From: Alloascoidea hylecoeti
Taxonomy: Eukaryota
Length of the DNA: 64,000 nucleotides
Assembly: GCA_001600815.1 (NCBI GenBank)
Contig: BCKZ01000012.1
Span: forward strand, 62,001 to 126,000
Direction of reading: 5' to 3'
Shown: positions 12,064-24,108 of the stretch, one piece after another
How positions within the stretch are numbered: position 1 is the first letter of the stretch
Layout: each line of letters starts with the position of its first letter
The notes under the pieces: model-generated
Databases searched by the model: none
Told to the model about the DNA's origin: nothing
The model's input: the letters and a program-made list of their open reading frames with translations, nothing else
Position numbers and translations under genes: made by a program

Positions 12064-12492
12064 ATGCTCAGACCAATATTTTCTACCTTCCGGGTGCAGT
12101 CGAGAAATTTGTCCACTACATTGGTCAGAGCTTCTGAAGTCGCTCCAACTCTTAAAAAAACCAAAAACATTGGCACACTTAGAGGAAGGTACATATTATT
12201 TATTCATGATAAAGTCCTAGAAATTGCAGTAATCCAATTGCAATGCTTTGTATACTCAAAAAACATGAAACTAACATTTTGATCTCTATCACTATACAGT
12301 CTTTTAGGATTTCTGCTCGGAATTTCAACTACTGGTATTGCAGGTTACTACTATCTTCTAGAGGAATATCATTCATCAAATTCTTTGATCATTGGTGATG
12401 TACTGAAATTATCACAGTCTGTTAAGGTGCTTGAGAATCATGTTAAGACATTAGAGGCTGAGATATCTTCTAACAGTCCGGCGCAAAAGTAA
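12064..12492 (+). CDS. Small conserved fungal protein, probably mitochondrial membrane; exons 12064-12188 and 12300-12492
   Basis: Presequence-like MLRPIFSTFRVQSR; intron GTACAT...AACTAAC...CAG gives GTLRGSLLGFLLG...YYYLLEEY followed by a coiled coil. Confidence 0.8.
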
Positions 12493-12638
12493 TAAATTTT
12501 ATCGCTTTAATTACATAAATGAATAAAAGGAAAATAGATTTCAATATATATGTGCCATTAAAACAGTTAATGATCCTTCTATGAAATTAAAGTCATCATT
12601 TTAAACTAAATAAAAAATACAAACAATACAAATGGGCT

Positions 12639-15600
12639 TTATTTCATTCTCATTGCTCTCCTTAACTGTTCTAACTCGCTGTCATCACCCACTTTTTCGT
12701 CAATATTATTGCCGCGAGCGGCTTTTGTATTTTGATTCATATCTTGCTTCTTAGAATTTGAATTATCAAATAATGAAGCATCGCCAACCCATTCCCATAC
12801 TCTCATAATCTCACCATTCACTTCCATTTGTCTTGCTCTAACATTACTGTTGCCTTCAACGGATTTACAAACTTTTTCCCACAGCGTATCTTTATTAACT
12901 TTCCTAAATCCTTCACCTTGATTTCCATCATCAAATAATAGAATATCTCGTAATTGAGAAACTGCAATGTATCTTTCAGTAAATCCCCTAGAATCTTTAT
13001 CGCTGTCTACATGTTGCTTAGCCAGACGAGATATTACAATTCGAACAAATCGAGTTGATTCTCCTTCCAAAATCCGATAATTGGTTATTTTAAACTTGAT
13101 ATAGATATAACTTGATATAAGCAGCAATAACCCCAAAACAGTCTTTCTGTATTTAAAACATAATTCAGTTACCAAATTCTTGCATCTACAATATGCACTT
13201 AGATTTGCAAATGATGTTGATCTTATAACTTTTGTTAACGTTTGATTATTCTCACCACTTGAATTGGTCCTAGCAATAACTTGCTCAAATGATATTTCAG
13301 ATTCTGTTTCCAAATAATTAATAGCTTTATCCCATAATTGATCAAATTCACCATCTTCTAACGATGATTTTTTCTTTTTTTTCAATATATTTTTTAAATC
13401 ATTTTCAAAAATACCAGCTTCTGATGTAGTTCCATGTCCACATTTTACATTGGAATTATTTTTTCTTAATATAGTCTTGGCCCTATTTAAAATCGCTTGA
13501 ATTCTACTTTCCTTTTCAGTATCTGGTAAACAACGCGGTGCAATTGGTAAAAACCCGCCGAAAGCCCATGAACTTTCATAATACAAATAGTCAGGATCAC
13601 AAATAACATCGAAATTTTCAAGACAAATTGAATGTGATGGACATTGAACACATGAAGGCGTAACAGAATCTAAAATTGAGTTCATGAACGATGATGTTGT
13701 TCTTAAAGTTGGTTCTGTTGATTGTGGTTCAATGCCACAGTAGCCTATTCTAAATCTTTCAGATCTCCAAAACCATGAATAGAATGCAAGTGATACAATA
13801 AGAACCCAAGTAATGGTACCCGTTAATACATAACCATAATCAGGTGTTTCATCAAACAATGCGACTTCATTGTTACGTTCTTCCTCTAATTTAATTTTTT
13901 CCTTTTCATTCATTATTTCATCTTTAAGACGATTTAGTTCTGATTCATGATCTGACTCACCTAAACTTTCAAAAGTTTGATCAGCTTCTTTATCCGATTC
14001 GTCGGACGTTTCTCGATCAGTGTTCATTGGTGTATTCTTCTGGGAAATGAAAATTGTTGATTCACCATCTCTATCACTAATACTTGGTGAAGAGACGTTA
14101 GGTTTGGGATTTGTTTCTTTTTTCACTCCTGAATTAAATACCATTGATGATTGAAGAGGTTGTAATTGCGCAGCAAATTGTTTAGATACACGAAGGGAAT
14201 TGATTGGAGGCATGAATGAGCGACGTTGAACTAAAGAAGGAGTTTGAATAGTTGCAATTGCTGGAATATATGATTTTCTTTGTCCTGTAGACAATTTGTT
14301 GGAGGAACCTTCAAGGGATGATTTTGGGGTACTATTATTTAAGACAGTTTTATTATCATCATTACCATAAAAACTTTCTCCATCTTCGGAAAAACTTACA
14401 AAAGACTTCCTGTCATTCGTTGGAACTGGAGTAAAAAAATCACCATGTGGAGGGCTACTGTCATCAAAAGCCCATTTTTGCCTTGCATTACTCTTCAAAG
14501 CAGTAGCTAAATTCAATGATTCATCTTCAAATTTGGGTTGGTCTAATGGTGTATTTCTTCTGGAACTATTCATACCAGACGGACTTGATGGAAACATATC
14601 CATTTTTCTAGTTTTTGGAGTTTCAAATTCAGAAGTCGGATGATTAAGCGCCTCTTCCATTCTTTGTTTTACCATTGCCAATCTTTTCTTCTTTTTTTCT
14701 GGTGACATTTCTACCGTTAGTGAGGGAAAATCTTTATTTACAGTTGAAATTTTCCTTTTACGTGACCTTCTTTTACCATCTGCTGATGAGCCAAACGGTG
14801 ATGATGAACTTTGAAAAACATTTTTACCCGTGAAATGAGCTTCGTCATTGTCTAACTCCACATCTACTCCTATCTCGGGAATATATTCTTCTTCATCTTC
14901 TTGATGTGTCTTAGCTCTATTAAATTCAGGTTCATCATCCGAAGATGACGAGATGTTCATGCTATCATCTGAACTTTCTTCCTCCTCCTCTTCTTCATCG
15001 TTTCCGTTTTCAGCTTCACTACTTGATGTATCAATTCGAAATGTAATATGTTCTTCCATTTCTTGTAAAGAAGTTTCAGTATTATTGCTATTATTATCAG
15101 TATTATTTGAATGATTCGTCATTTTTAGATTATCTTTCTTTAAGGGTGAACTAGACCTAAATTTATTATCGTTGCTTGATCTAGGAGTTCCAATTGAAGA
15201 GTTTTGGTCAGCAACAAAGTTTCTACCCAATAAGGGTTTAGAATTGGGATTGCCATTTTTCTGTTCATCTATTTTTGGAGTTCCAGTTGCTGAATCCTGC
15301 GCTTTTATACTTTGACGTAGAGATGATCTAGGGGTTGATTCTCTACTTAATCTCTTTACTGATGAACGGGGTTTTAGTTCACTATTTCTTAAAGTTTGTT
15401 TTACAGATTCACCTTTAGTATCTCTTTCTGGGGATCTGCTTTTTCTGAGTTTTCTTGGAGAGTCCGATTCCTGAGATTTTCCCCTTGAATATCTTGGAGA
15501 ATGGAGCACCGATGAAGTAGTAGGTGGTTTAAGTTTTGGGGCGGAAGTCAAACTAACATCATTTTGCAAAACATTAGAGGATCTTTTGTCTTTTTCTTTT

Positions 15601-16000
15601 TCTTGGCTATAGGTTCTTCTTGGTGATCTCCTGGGTGAAGAGGCAATACCACTCTCGCGGATAGCAGGCTTACTATGACTTGAAAATGAACGCTGTCTCT
15701 GTTTTGAAGGTACATCTTGTATTCCATAACCACTTGGTATAACATTACCATTCTCTTTCAAAATAATATCAGCGTGTGGAGTGATATTCTGCTCAAAAAG
15801 TTGTAATAGTTTATTCTTAGGTGCAGAACTAGGGTAGTCAATGTCGTGAAATAAGAGGATTCTTCTCAGATCCGCAACACGTAAAATTTTCGGATCAAAA
15901 CCTAATTAGAAATATATTTGAGTTAGCAACAGCTAAAATATGGCACAATATACATATTTAAAAAAAACATACCTGGCTGGAGATACTCCTGAGAATCCAT
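12639..16000 (-). CDS. SRC1: Inner nuclear membrane LEM/MAN1 protein (Src1/Heh1/Heh2 family); exons 16000-15973 and 15901-12639
   Basis: Spliced N-terminus EYLQPGFDPKILRVADLRRIL (HeH domain), two TM helices flanking a Cys-rich lumenal domain, C-terminal GEIMRVWEW. Confidence 0.88.
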
Positions 16001-16519
16001 ATTTATGGCAACCAAATTGTAATTCCTCAAAATGTTTGTTTTGTGTTAAAACTTAAGATTTCGATAATAAAACACCCATCCATCATGTACTTTTAAAACT
16101 CCAGATAGCTATAAGTTATATAGCTAATTTGCTAAAAACTTCGCATAATTGGAACTCGTAAGTCCACCTTTAATTGAAGGACCATTCTGAATTGTTGTCT
16201 TCTCCCGTTAGATTATGATTATTAAATTTATAATTATATAATATTGTAATTGTAATTATCGATCTATATCATATCTAATAACGAACAAATACGTATTTTA
16301 AAACTTGACTTGTACATTTTATTGGTATTTATGAAGTAATCTATGTTTCTCTCTTTTCACCATTTTCATAAATTATCTATTATAAATTTTTTTTTACTTC
16401 ATCGTTATTATAGATTATAAAAATCTATGAAAAGGTTAAAACGTAAGTATAGAATTATTTAAAAGTGTTATACCTTGACGGTACAACAATGTCTGTTTTG
16501 TATTTATTTATATCTAAGA

Positions 16520-17280
16520 ATCAGTTTCCGCCGTTCAATATTTGCTAAATGAACAATAGCATCTGAGTCTATTTTGAGATCACATGAGTTGAATCTTCTG
16601 TTTACTCGCAGTTGCCATAAAATCTCTGAAATTAGGCTTAGATTTTGAATTATTTTAGTATCTTTGTTGTTACGTTAGGCATATCAAGTCATCCAAACTT
16701 ATATCTTTACCTAAGAAGTGTAAGAAAATTGTTGTTTTTGTTTGACAATTATTGAAAACATGATCTTCTGTTTCGATCATTCATATTACCATTTTTATGA
16801 TCACTTGAGGTAAGACTCCAGTGATGTGTAGTGTCGGAAATTTAGTCTGTGAATAAAATCTACCGACCCTAGTTCTTTCCTATTGATCTTGTGTAAGAGC
16901 AGCTACCATTCTTTCCAGTCCTGTGTGCTGCGTTCTTTGATTTATCTAGTTGGTCAATTAGGAATAATCGGTTGATCATCCATTTGCTGATAGTATCTTG
17001 ATGCAGCTCTTCTGAACGCTCCGATTTCTATTGGTTTATCATCATGAGTTGTAACATTATTGATACATTCTAGAGGAGAAGATTTGGATACCACCTCATA
17101 AGCTGTATATTCATCAAGTGATGGGATGAAAGTAGTGATTTTATGTAATATTTTTGTCTTTGTTATTTTGAGATACGATTGTAAGTATTTTTCCCATCTT
17201 ATTTGATTAGGTGTAGGATTTTTTGACTTAATTGTTTTCAAGTGGCCATTAAGGCTCTATATTAAACTGCTTTTCTATAA
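16520..17280 (-). mobile_element. Highly decayed Ty3/gypsy pol relic (RNase H end to integrase)
   Basis: HLKTIKSKNPTPNQIRWEKYLQSY resembles the gypsy RNase H-terminal RxxRWxxxLQxY; downstream SVDFIHRL resembles integrase SMDFIxxL; many stops; lies next to a tRNA gene. Confidence 0.45.
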
Positions 17281-17504
17281 CTATTTTTATAACAACCAAA
17301 AAATTGTGAAAATAAAAAGACCTATTGCTAGGCAAAAATACCTATTACTAATGTTATAGGTTCACTCTTTTTTGAGTAATGTTGTTACATTTTATAGTAT
17401 TATTGCCACCTGTAATCTCGCCTTCACCACATCTACTACTTGTATGTTGGAGGTGGCCGAAGCCGTTGATCATTTTATTATAAATTATAAAAATAGTTAA
17501 AAAC

Positions 17505-17577
17505 CGATGTTGACAGGACTCGAACCTGCAACCTTCGGAACCGAAATCCGATGCGCTCACCATTGCGCCACAACACC
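17505..17577 (-). tRNA. tRNA-Arg(UCG), intronless
   Basis: Acceptor GGTGTTG/CAACATC, anticodon arm TCGGA-TT-TCG-GT-TCCGA, T-loop GTTCGAG, TTTT terminator. Confidence 0.95.
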
Positions 17578-17704
17578 CTCAATTCTTTAGTCTCGAATCC
17601 CACTTCAGTACATTCCATTTTATGGAAAAACATAAATCCATACACCTGAAATTCTTTTCCGACCTTATTTGGATTTAATTCACAATTCGTTTTGTCGTTC
17701 AACA

Positions 17705-20700
17705 ATGTCGCGATCCCGTTCCCACCACGAATCTTCTAAAAGAAGTTATGATGACGATAAGTATTACGACAGAGATCGAGATAGGCATAGGCATAGAAAT
17801 TCAAGAGATCGCGATCGAGAAAGAGAAAATGACCGTCACAGGACTTCGGACAGAAGGCGAGAGAGAGACAGAAATGGAGGTAGGGACAGAGAAAGAGACA
17901 GAGAAAGAGATAGATATAGGGACAAAGATAGAGATAGAGATAGAGATAGAAGAAGATATCACGACCGAGAGAGAGAAAAAGATCGCCATTCCAAGCGTGA
18001 CAATCTAGAGAAACGAAACAATGATTATAAAGAGCGCAGCCGTGATGACACCCACTCCCCCAAAAAGATTAGACTCGACAAGCCTAATCAGAAAGATGAA
18101 AATAGTGTCGTATCTCTTGTTGAAACAAAAACAGTTGACAAAAGTGATGTTAACGAAGATACTGATCCTAGTTTGAAATTTAGGGAACAAATAACACCTG
18201 GTCATGATAGTGTCCTAAATTCCGATCCTGTTTCTTCAAAGGTAAGAGATACTCAAATGAAAATCTCCCAAAATATGTCTAACAATAGTCCCCAAATGCA
18301 GGCTCCTGTGAAGGAAGAGTTGTCCAAAGAAGAAAAACGCCGTCGCAGATTGGAAATTTTAGGAGAATGGACGAGGAAAAAGAATTTAGAGAAGGCTAAA
18401 AAGGCCGAAGTAGGCGAGATAAGTAATGGTGAGAATACAAACATCGTTGAGAAAGACTCTGAAGTATCTAAACCCTCTGTCTCTGAACATAATCTAACTG
18501 AAAAATCGAAACAGGGAAATTCTTTAAAAATAAAAGGTATGCACCAACTCAATCGTTCATATACATCTGACTATTTATTAACCGCTCGTTTAGATGACAC
18601 AAACCCTCCAAAATCTGTATTTGCATTTAGTGGCAAACTATCTCAGCCATCATCAAAGTTAAAATTTCGTACAAAGCAGGCCTTCAATTTCGAGGAAGGT
18701 AAAGCGAACTCTACGGGTGTTATTGGTGATCCCTATGCCAGGTCAATACATAGGGATTCAATTGTAAGTACGAATAAAATTAAAAAGTCTTTAGAAGTTG
18801 GTAACATGGACGTGCATAATGATCTCAAAGAAACTGAAGGCTTAGATGAAGTTGATCCACTTGATGCTTTTATGTTAAACATGGTTACAACTGAAAAAAT
18901 CGAAAAGAAGGAAGGAGACTTGATGTTGAGTGATGATGAAGATAACCGCTTTGGTATCGATGACACTAGTGAAGATCAATTGAATCCAGATGAGGTTCTT
19001 GCTAACATTCAGAAAAAAAAGCAGAAAGAAATAAAGGCGGTAGACCATTCTAAAATTGCTTATGAAGATTTCAATAAGATGTTCTACTTAGATAACACAG
19101 AACTTCCTACTGATTTGAAGGATATTAATGAATTAGATCAATTACAACAATCAATTCATATTCGGGGTAAGAAATGTCCTCTCCCAATTTTAAAGTGGGG
19201 ACAATTGGGGCTACCGCTTCAAATGACGAATGTTATTAAAAGTTTAGGATATGAAAAGCCTACCCCTATTCAATCCCAAGCATTACCTGCTATTCTTTCT
19301 GGTCGTGATGTGATTGGTGTTGCAAATACAGGAAGTGGTAAAACATTAGCCTTTCTCGTACCTCTATTCCGTCAGATAAGAGATCAAAGACCATTGAAAA
19401 ACATGGAAGGACCACTGGCATTAGTCTTAACACCTACTCGTGAATTAGCTGTTCAAATTCATAAAGATTGTAAGCCATTTTTAAACGCTTTAAATTTAAG
19501 AGCGGTTTGTGCTTATGGCGGTTCTCAAATCAAGGATCAAATTGCCGATTTGAAAAGAGGCGCGGAAGTCGTGATTTGTACCCCAGGAAGAATGATTGAT
19601 CTATTAGCAGCGAACTCTGGAAGGGTTACCAATCTTCGTCGAGTTACATATCTTGTTGTTGATGAAGCCGATAGAATGTTTGACTTAGGCTTTGAACCAC
19701 AGGTTATGCGTATCGTGAATAACGTACGCCCAGATAGGCAAACTGTTGTATTTTCTGCAACTTTTCAGAAAAAAATGGAAATGCTGGCTCGTAAAATATT
19801 ACGAAAGCCTCTTGAAATTATTGTTGGATCACGGAGTGTGGTTGCAAAAAGTATTGAACAGGTTGTAGAAGTTAGAGAAGATGATAGCAAATTTTTAAGA
19901 ACACTTGAGTTATTAGGCGAATTCTACAGCAAAGAAAGTGATGATTCAAGAGCCTTAATTTTTGTTGAGAGGCAAGAGGATGCGGATAATCTTTCTAATT
20001 TATTAGTTTCACATCAATATTCTAGTTGTATGTCAATACACGGACGTAAAAATCAGCATGAAAGGTCACAGATAATTGCGGATTTTAAAAAGGGACACAT
20101 AAAAATATTAGTTGCAACATCCCTAGCTGCAAGGGGTCTTGATGTGAAGCAATTGAATTTAGTAATTAATTACGACACTCCTAACCATTTGGAAGATTAT
20201 GTCCATAGAGTTGGACGAACTGGTCGAGCAGGTAATACTGGTAAAGCTGTTACATTTATTAACCCTACACAAGAGCGAAATGCTTATGATATTGCCAAAG
20301 TTTTGAAACAAAGTGAAGTTGAAGTTCCTGAAGATGTGCAAAAACTAGCCGATTCTTTCGCCGAGAAAGTAAAAAGTGGGAAAGAAAGATTTAATTCTGG
20401 TTTTGGTGGTAAAGGTTTAGAAAAACTTGAAGAAATCCGAAATACTACTAGGAAGTTGGAGAGAAGTGCCTACATTGGTGGAGATGATGATAGCGAGAAA
20501 GATAAAGATGAAAATGAAAAGACTGAAGTAGAAACTATTGAATCATCAGCTGCTTCCAAAATCGTTGATAATTTAACGTCGTTTTCAGCTGGAGCAAATG
20601 CAACACTCAAAGTTGGTGATGCTCCAGAAAATCGCGGACCAGAAACGAGTGAATATCATGCAACTTTAACGATTAATAATCTTCCAAAGAGAGCAAGATG

Positions 20701-20962
20701 GGAAGCTACAACGAATTCCAATATTACAAAGATTATCGACCAAACCGGAACTTCAATCACGACGAAGGGTCGGTATTATGATACAGAAAAGGGAGAGAAG
20801 CCAGGAGATGGAGACGAACCTCCATTGTATATTTTGGTAGAAGGGCAAACAGATGTTTCTGTCACAACAGCTGTTAGAGAACTTAGGACATTGCTTATTA
20901 CTGGTATCGAGAAGGAAGCCAGAGATGAAGCTAGGCAGCCAACAGGTCGGTATACCTTATAG
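17705..20962 (+). CDS. PRP5: DEAD-box splicing ATPase Prp5 (probable in-frame intron 18537-18593)
   Basis: RD/RE-rich N-terminus, DPLD motif, [30 protein letters not shown]-terminal KH-like domain; first ATG at 17705. Confidence 0.95.
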   Translation: MSRSRSHHESSKRSYDDDKYYDRDRDRHRHRNSRDRDRERENDRHRTSDRRRERDRNGGRDRERDRERDRYRDKDRDRDRDRRRYHDREREKDRHSKRDNLEKRNNDYKERSRDDTHSPKKIRLDKPNQKDENSVVSLVETKTVDKSDVNEDTDPSLKFREQITPGHDSVLNSDPVSSKVRDTQMKISQNMSNNSPQMQAPVKEELSKEEKRRRRLEILGEWTRKKNLEKAKKAEVGEISNGENTNIVEKDSEVSKPSVSEHNLTEKSKQGNSLKIKGMHQLNRSYTSDYLLTARLDDTNPPKSVFAFSGKLSQPSSKLKFRTKQAFNFEEGKANSTGVIGDPYARSIHRDSIVSTNKIKKSLEVGNMDVHNDLKETEGLDEVDPLDAFMLNMVTTEKIEKKEGDLMLSDDEDNRFGIDDTSEDQLNPDEVLANIQKKKQKEIKAVDHSKIAYEDFNKMFYLDNTELPTDLKDINELDQLQQSIHIRGKKCPLPILKWGQLGLPLQMTNVIKSLGYEKPTPIQSQALPAILSGRDVIGVANTGSGKTLAFLVPLFRQIRDQRPLKNMEGPLALVLTPTRELAVQIHKDCKPFLNALNLRAVCAYGGSQIKDQIADLKRGAEVVICTPGRMIDLLAANSGRVTNLRRVTYLVVDEADRMFDLGFEPQVMRIVNNVRPDRQTVVFSATFQKKMEMLARKILRKPLEIIVGSRSVVAKSIEQVVEVREDDSKFLRTLELLGEFYSKESDDSRALIFVERQEDADNLSNLLVSHQYSSCMSIHGRKNQHERSQIIADFKKGHIKILVATSLAARGLDVKQLNLVINYDTPNHLEDYVHRVGRTGRAGNTGKAVTFINPTQERNAYDIAKVLKQSEVEVPEDVQKLADSFAEKVKSGKERFNSGFGGKGLEKLEEIRNTTRKLERSAYIGGDDDSEKDKDENEKTEVETIESSAASKIVDNLTSFSAGANATLKVGDAPENRGPETSEYHATLTINNLPKRARWEATTNSNITKIIDQTGTSITTKGRYYDTEKGEKPGDGDEPPLYILVEGQTDVSVTTAVRELRTLLITGIEKEARDEARQPTGRYTL

Positions 20963-21202
20963 GTGTTATGTACCAGCATTAGCTATGTAGGATATACAGA
21001 AATTATGTAGGCATTTATAGTATTGATAGGTATTTATAATATTAAGTTTCAATAGTAATAGGTGATAAAGCAAAATCAAACTTAAGAACAGAGGAAAATT
21101 AAATGATTAATGATTGACTTCAAATTTGTACCGTAAAGTTAAGAGCAATACGCTCTCTACTGTTAACAGTAACAATTATAAATCATTATAAAGACACGGT
21201 TT

Positions 21203-21682
21203 TTAATCTAAATAAGCTTGTTGTCGCTTTTGAATTTCAGCATCTCTTAAGTTTGCTTCCGCTGCTTCTGCAAGTAATTGCGCCTTTCCTTTCCTCCTTT
21301 CTTCATTCAGTTTTGTTGATAGTTTTCCTTGTGGTTGTTGACTCTTTGTGTATCTTGCCTAGTACAGTTTTCATACATTGTTAGTAAAGAATCAAAATAA
21401 AACTAGTGATTAATGAGTGAGTATAAAAAATATGAATACCTCAGCTGCTTTTGCTGCAGCGTATCTAGCTTCCTCCTGTTTTTCATTTGAAGGAGGAGTC
21501 TCTGATAGGGTCCGCCCACCACTAGCCTGTGTTTTACTCTTCTTTGTGTTTGTGTTTGTGTTTGTGTTTGTGTTTGTGTTTGTGTTATGCGTTCCAGGCG
21601 TGGGGTGGGGATTCCCAGTCCTTCTAGCTACAGGTTTTGCTGGATGTTCAACGGGTTCAGGTTTTCCAAAACAGTTTCCCAT
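21203..21682 (-). CDS. Small N-myristoylated/palmitoylated SVIP-like protein; exons 21682-21440 and 21358-21203
   Basis: MGNCFGK acylation motif, GGRTLS...ARYAAAKAAE|ARY; intron GTATTC...TACTAAC...TAG. Confidence 0.75.
21542..21585. repeat. (TTTGTG)n hexamer microsatellite encoding an Asn-Thr repeat
   Basis: About 7 tandem units inside the small CDS. Confidence 0.9.
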
Positions 21683-22256
21683 AATAATAGAATCGTAGTT
21701 GTTTTTCTGAGCGTGGCTGTTCTCGATAAGCCAAGAAAACTGGATCTTGATCATGAACGCCATGCGGCACGTGCTGGGCCATTCTTAATTATAATTAAAT
21801 TTATAATTAAATATTAATATCCCTGGTTCTATTTAACTAAAGCTTTATTTTCTTTTATTCCAGTAACATTAAGCTCAATTCCAATGTTCAGGAGAAAGAT
21901 ATTTGTTAGCTTCAAGTTATAATATTAAGCAAAGTTTCTGATGGATGATTTACAATTACTACAGTCAAAGTGTCATTATACAAATTTCTGACTAAAAAGT
22001 GGTTAACATTTTATTATCATTATCTACTATTAAGTTAAAATCTCCACGTAACTATGATAGTAAATATATAGAGTGAGCAGATGAATTGAGAGTTAAGATG
22101 AACACTAAGTTTGATTAAATCCGAGTAACTTTAGGCTGAGTGTGATTAAAACATAGGCCTATATGGGAATCAAGAATCCCCACAATTCTACCCTTTAAAC
22201 AATCCAGAAGTTTGATATGATCTCACCCGGGTTAACCCTACACCTTAGAGATATTA

Positions 22257-22473
22257 TGTTAAAATGTGAATTTCTCTAACATGACCCAATGATTTGTATA
22301 TTAAAATTAGAAATATGAAATATTGAGAAGAGAGGATCATATTTATGTAAAAATTATTAATGATATTACGGTGGGTTTTGGGTTAATTGAAAATCCCCAT
22401 AAACTATTTAGTCTAGTTAATCTAAATAATGGACTATAAATTTGTTCCACCATGTTCTTGCATATCATCAACA
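22257..22473 (-). repeat. 3' LTR of the copia element (far end uncertain)
   Basis: PPT GAGAAGGAG (22482-22474) is followed directly by TGTTGATGA; the best terminal match ...TTAACA is at 22257. Confidence 0.6.
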
Positions 22474-22499
22474 CTCCTTCTCAATTGTATTCAAGTCAC

Positions 22500-23777
22500 T
22501 TAAAGTGAGTTGTTCAATTTATCTCTTAATAATAGAAATTCACCCTTTGGTATGGGTTTAGTAAGATAATCACTTAGATTCAGTTTACCATCAATTTTTA
22601 TAAGATTTTCATTCCATGAATCTACCTCATCTTTTGATTTGGATTCTTTATTGAATCTCCTTCTTAACACTTTCAACTTGTTATCCAAGGTTTTTGTTCT
22701 CATCTTATAATTCTTTATTCCAGTGATCCAATGAATTACTGGCATATTGTCTTCATAAATTTTTATTTCTACCTTTTTAAATAACCCCAAGATATTTGTC
22801 TTTAATCGGTCTATTTTATCCATTGATAAATCTAACGAACAAAGTTCACTTTCTAAACTACTTTTGACATCAATTCTCATCAATTTGCTATGATAGTAGA
22901 TAATATTGTTGTTCAATAACATCAAAGCACCAGAAGTACTATATCTATCATCTCTATCATTGGCGTGATCTGCATCAATATAAAAATCGATTCTTGCAAG
23001 ACCAGAAATAAATTTCAGAGATTTTTTGATTTTTAAGTCAAATTCTTTTGTATTTGTTAAGTATCTTCCAAGTTGAATTAACATCTCTGATGTTTCCTTA
23101 CACTCATACTCTGTGTATCTGCTGATATAATTGCAAATATAGGTTATGTCATATCTATAGGAATTAGATATATACATTATCATACCTAGAACCCTTCTAT
23201 AGTCAAATTTGAGTTTTGTCATTGTTAATTCCTCTTTTCTTATAAAGTTATTAGCTTTGTAAGGAATTAAAGCTTTCGCAATTTTATTATTTGTCTCGTC
23301 CCCAAGATCCAATCCTAATCCGATTTCTTTTATTGCTCCTTCTTTCTTCATTAATAAGCATCTTAAATTTTCATTGTTTTTGGTTAATTTTATTTCTAGT
23401 CCTAAAAGTTTTTCAATGCCATCTAATTTCCATTTTAATTTAAATTCATTTTTTATTTAACAAGTCCATTAACTCCTTCAAATAAAATTTAGATTTGTAG
23501 ACGATGGCAATGTCGTCAACGTACAATCCTAGCGCCAAATGTAAATTACCATCCGTTTCTCTAATAAATATATTATCTAATTCAACATATCCATTATTCA
23601 ACAAAAAATCTTTAATTGTTGCCTTCCATACTTTTCCTGATTCTGGCAAACCGTAAATACATTTCTTAATTTCAAATACCACGTGCTCACTCTTGTTGTA
23701 AATTTGTTTGAAAAATGGAGGTGGTTTCATATATTTTACTTTAGCTGTTTCTGGGTAAGAACTATTCAAAAAGGCGT
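22500..23777 (-). mobile_element. 5'-truncated Ty1/copia pol (RT-RNase H) with one frameshift
   Basis: AFLN...YMKPP, KCIYGLPESGKVW, LYVDDI, LLGLEI, YIDADHA...STSG, IYEDN, NLSDYLTKP; the two ORFs join through a single frameshift in the A-run near 23450. Confidence 0.92.
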
Positions 23778-23822
23778 ATTTGAATAGTTCTTACCCAGAA
23801 ACAGCTAAAGTAAAATATATGA
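23727..23822. repeat. Perfect 44-bp inverted repeat with 8-nt spacer
   Basis: 23727-23770 is the exact reverse complement of 23779-23822. Confidence 0.97.
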
Positions 23823-24108
23823 TGTATGTAAACACTCATACATTTAAATAGATCGAAAAGTTGATTTCTCAAAAGTTCACCCATATCTCTTTTTTAAAAT
23901 TAAAAATATGATAGCTTGAGTGGATAGAATAATGGATATAATATTGAAAGAAAAAATCGAAGTTAAAAGTGGAACAAGAAGATTTGTAAAGTTGATTTCT
24001 TATTTTTATATATCAGAGTTCTATACTTCTTATGCACACAACGGCATTGCAGTTATCGCATCTTCTCACACCTCCAAATCTCACACGCTCTCATCTTAAT
24101 ACGGAGAA

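Noticed and set aside
17354..17705. Short ORFs over the tRNA-Arg locus and the TTG extension of PRP5
   Set aside because: Explained by the tRNA gene; non-ATG starts are unlikely here
22056..22256. Second solo LTR next to the copia LTR
   Set aside because: TG...CA ends and a TSD could not be fixed; it may be the true distal part of the same LTR
23440..23460. Programmed frameshift within copia pol
   Set aside because: It lies in the middle of RT at an A-run; a mutation or sequencing indel is simpler
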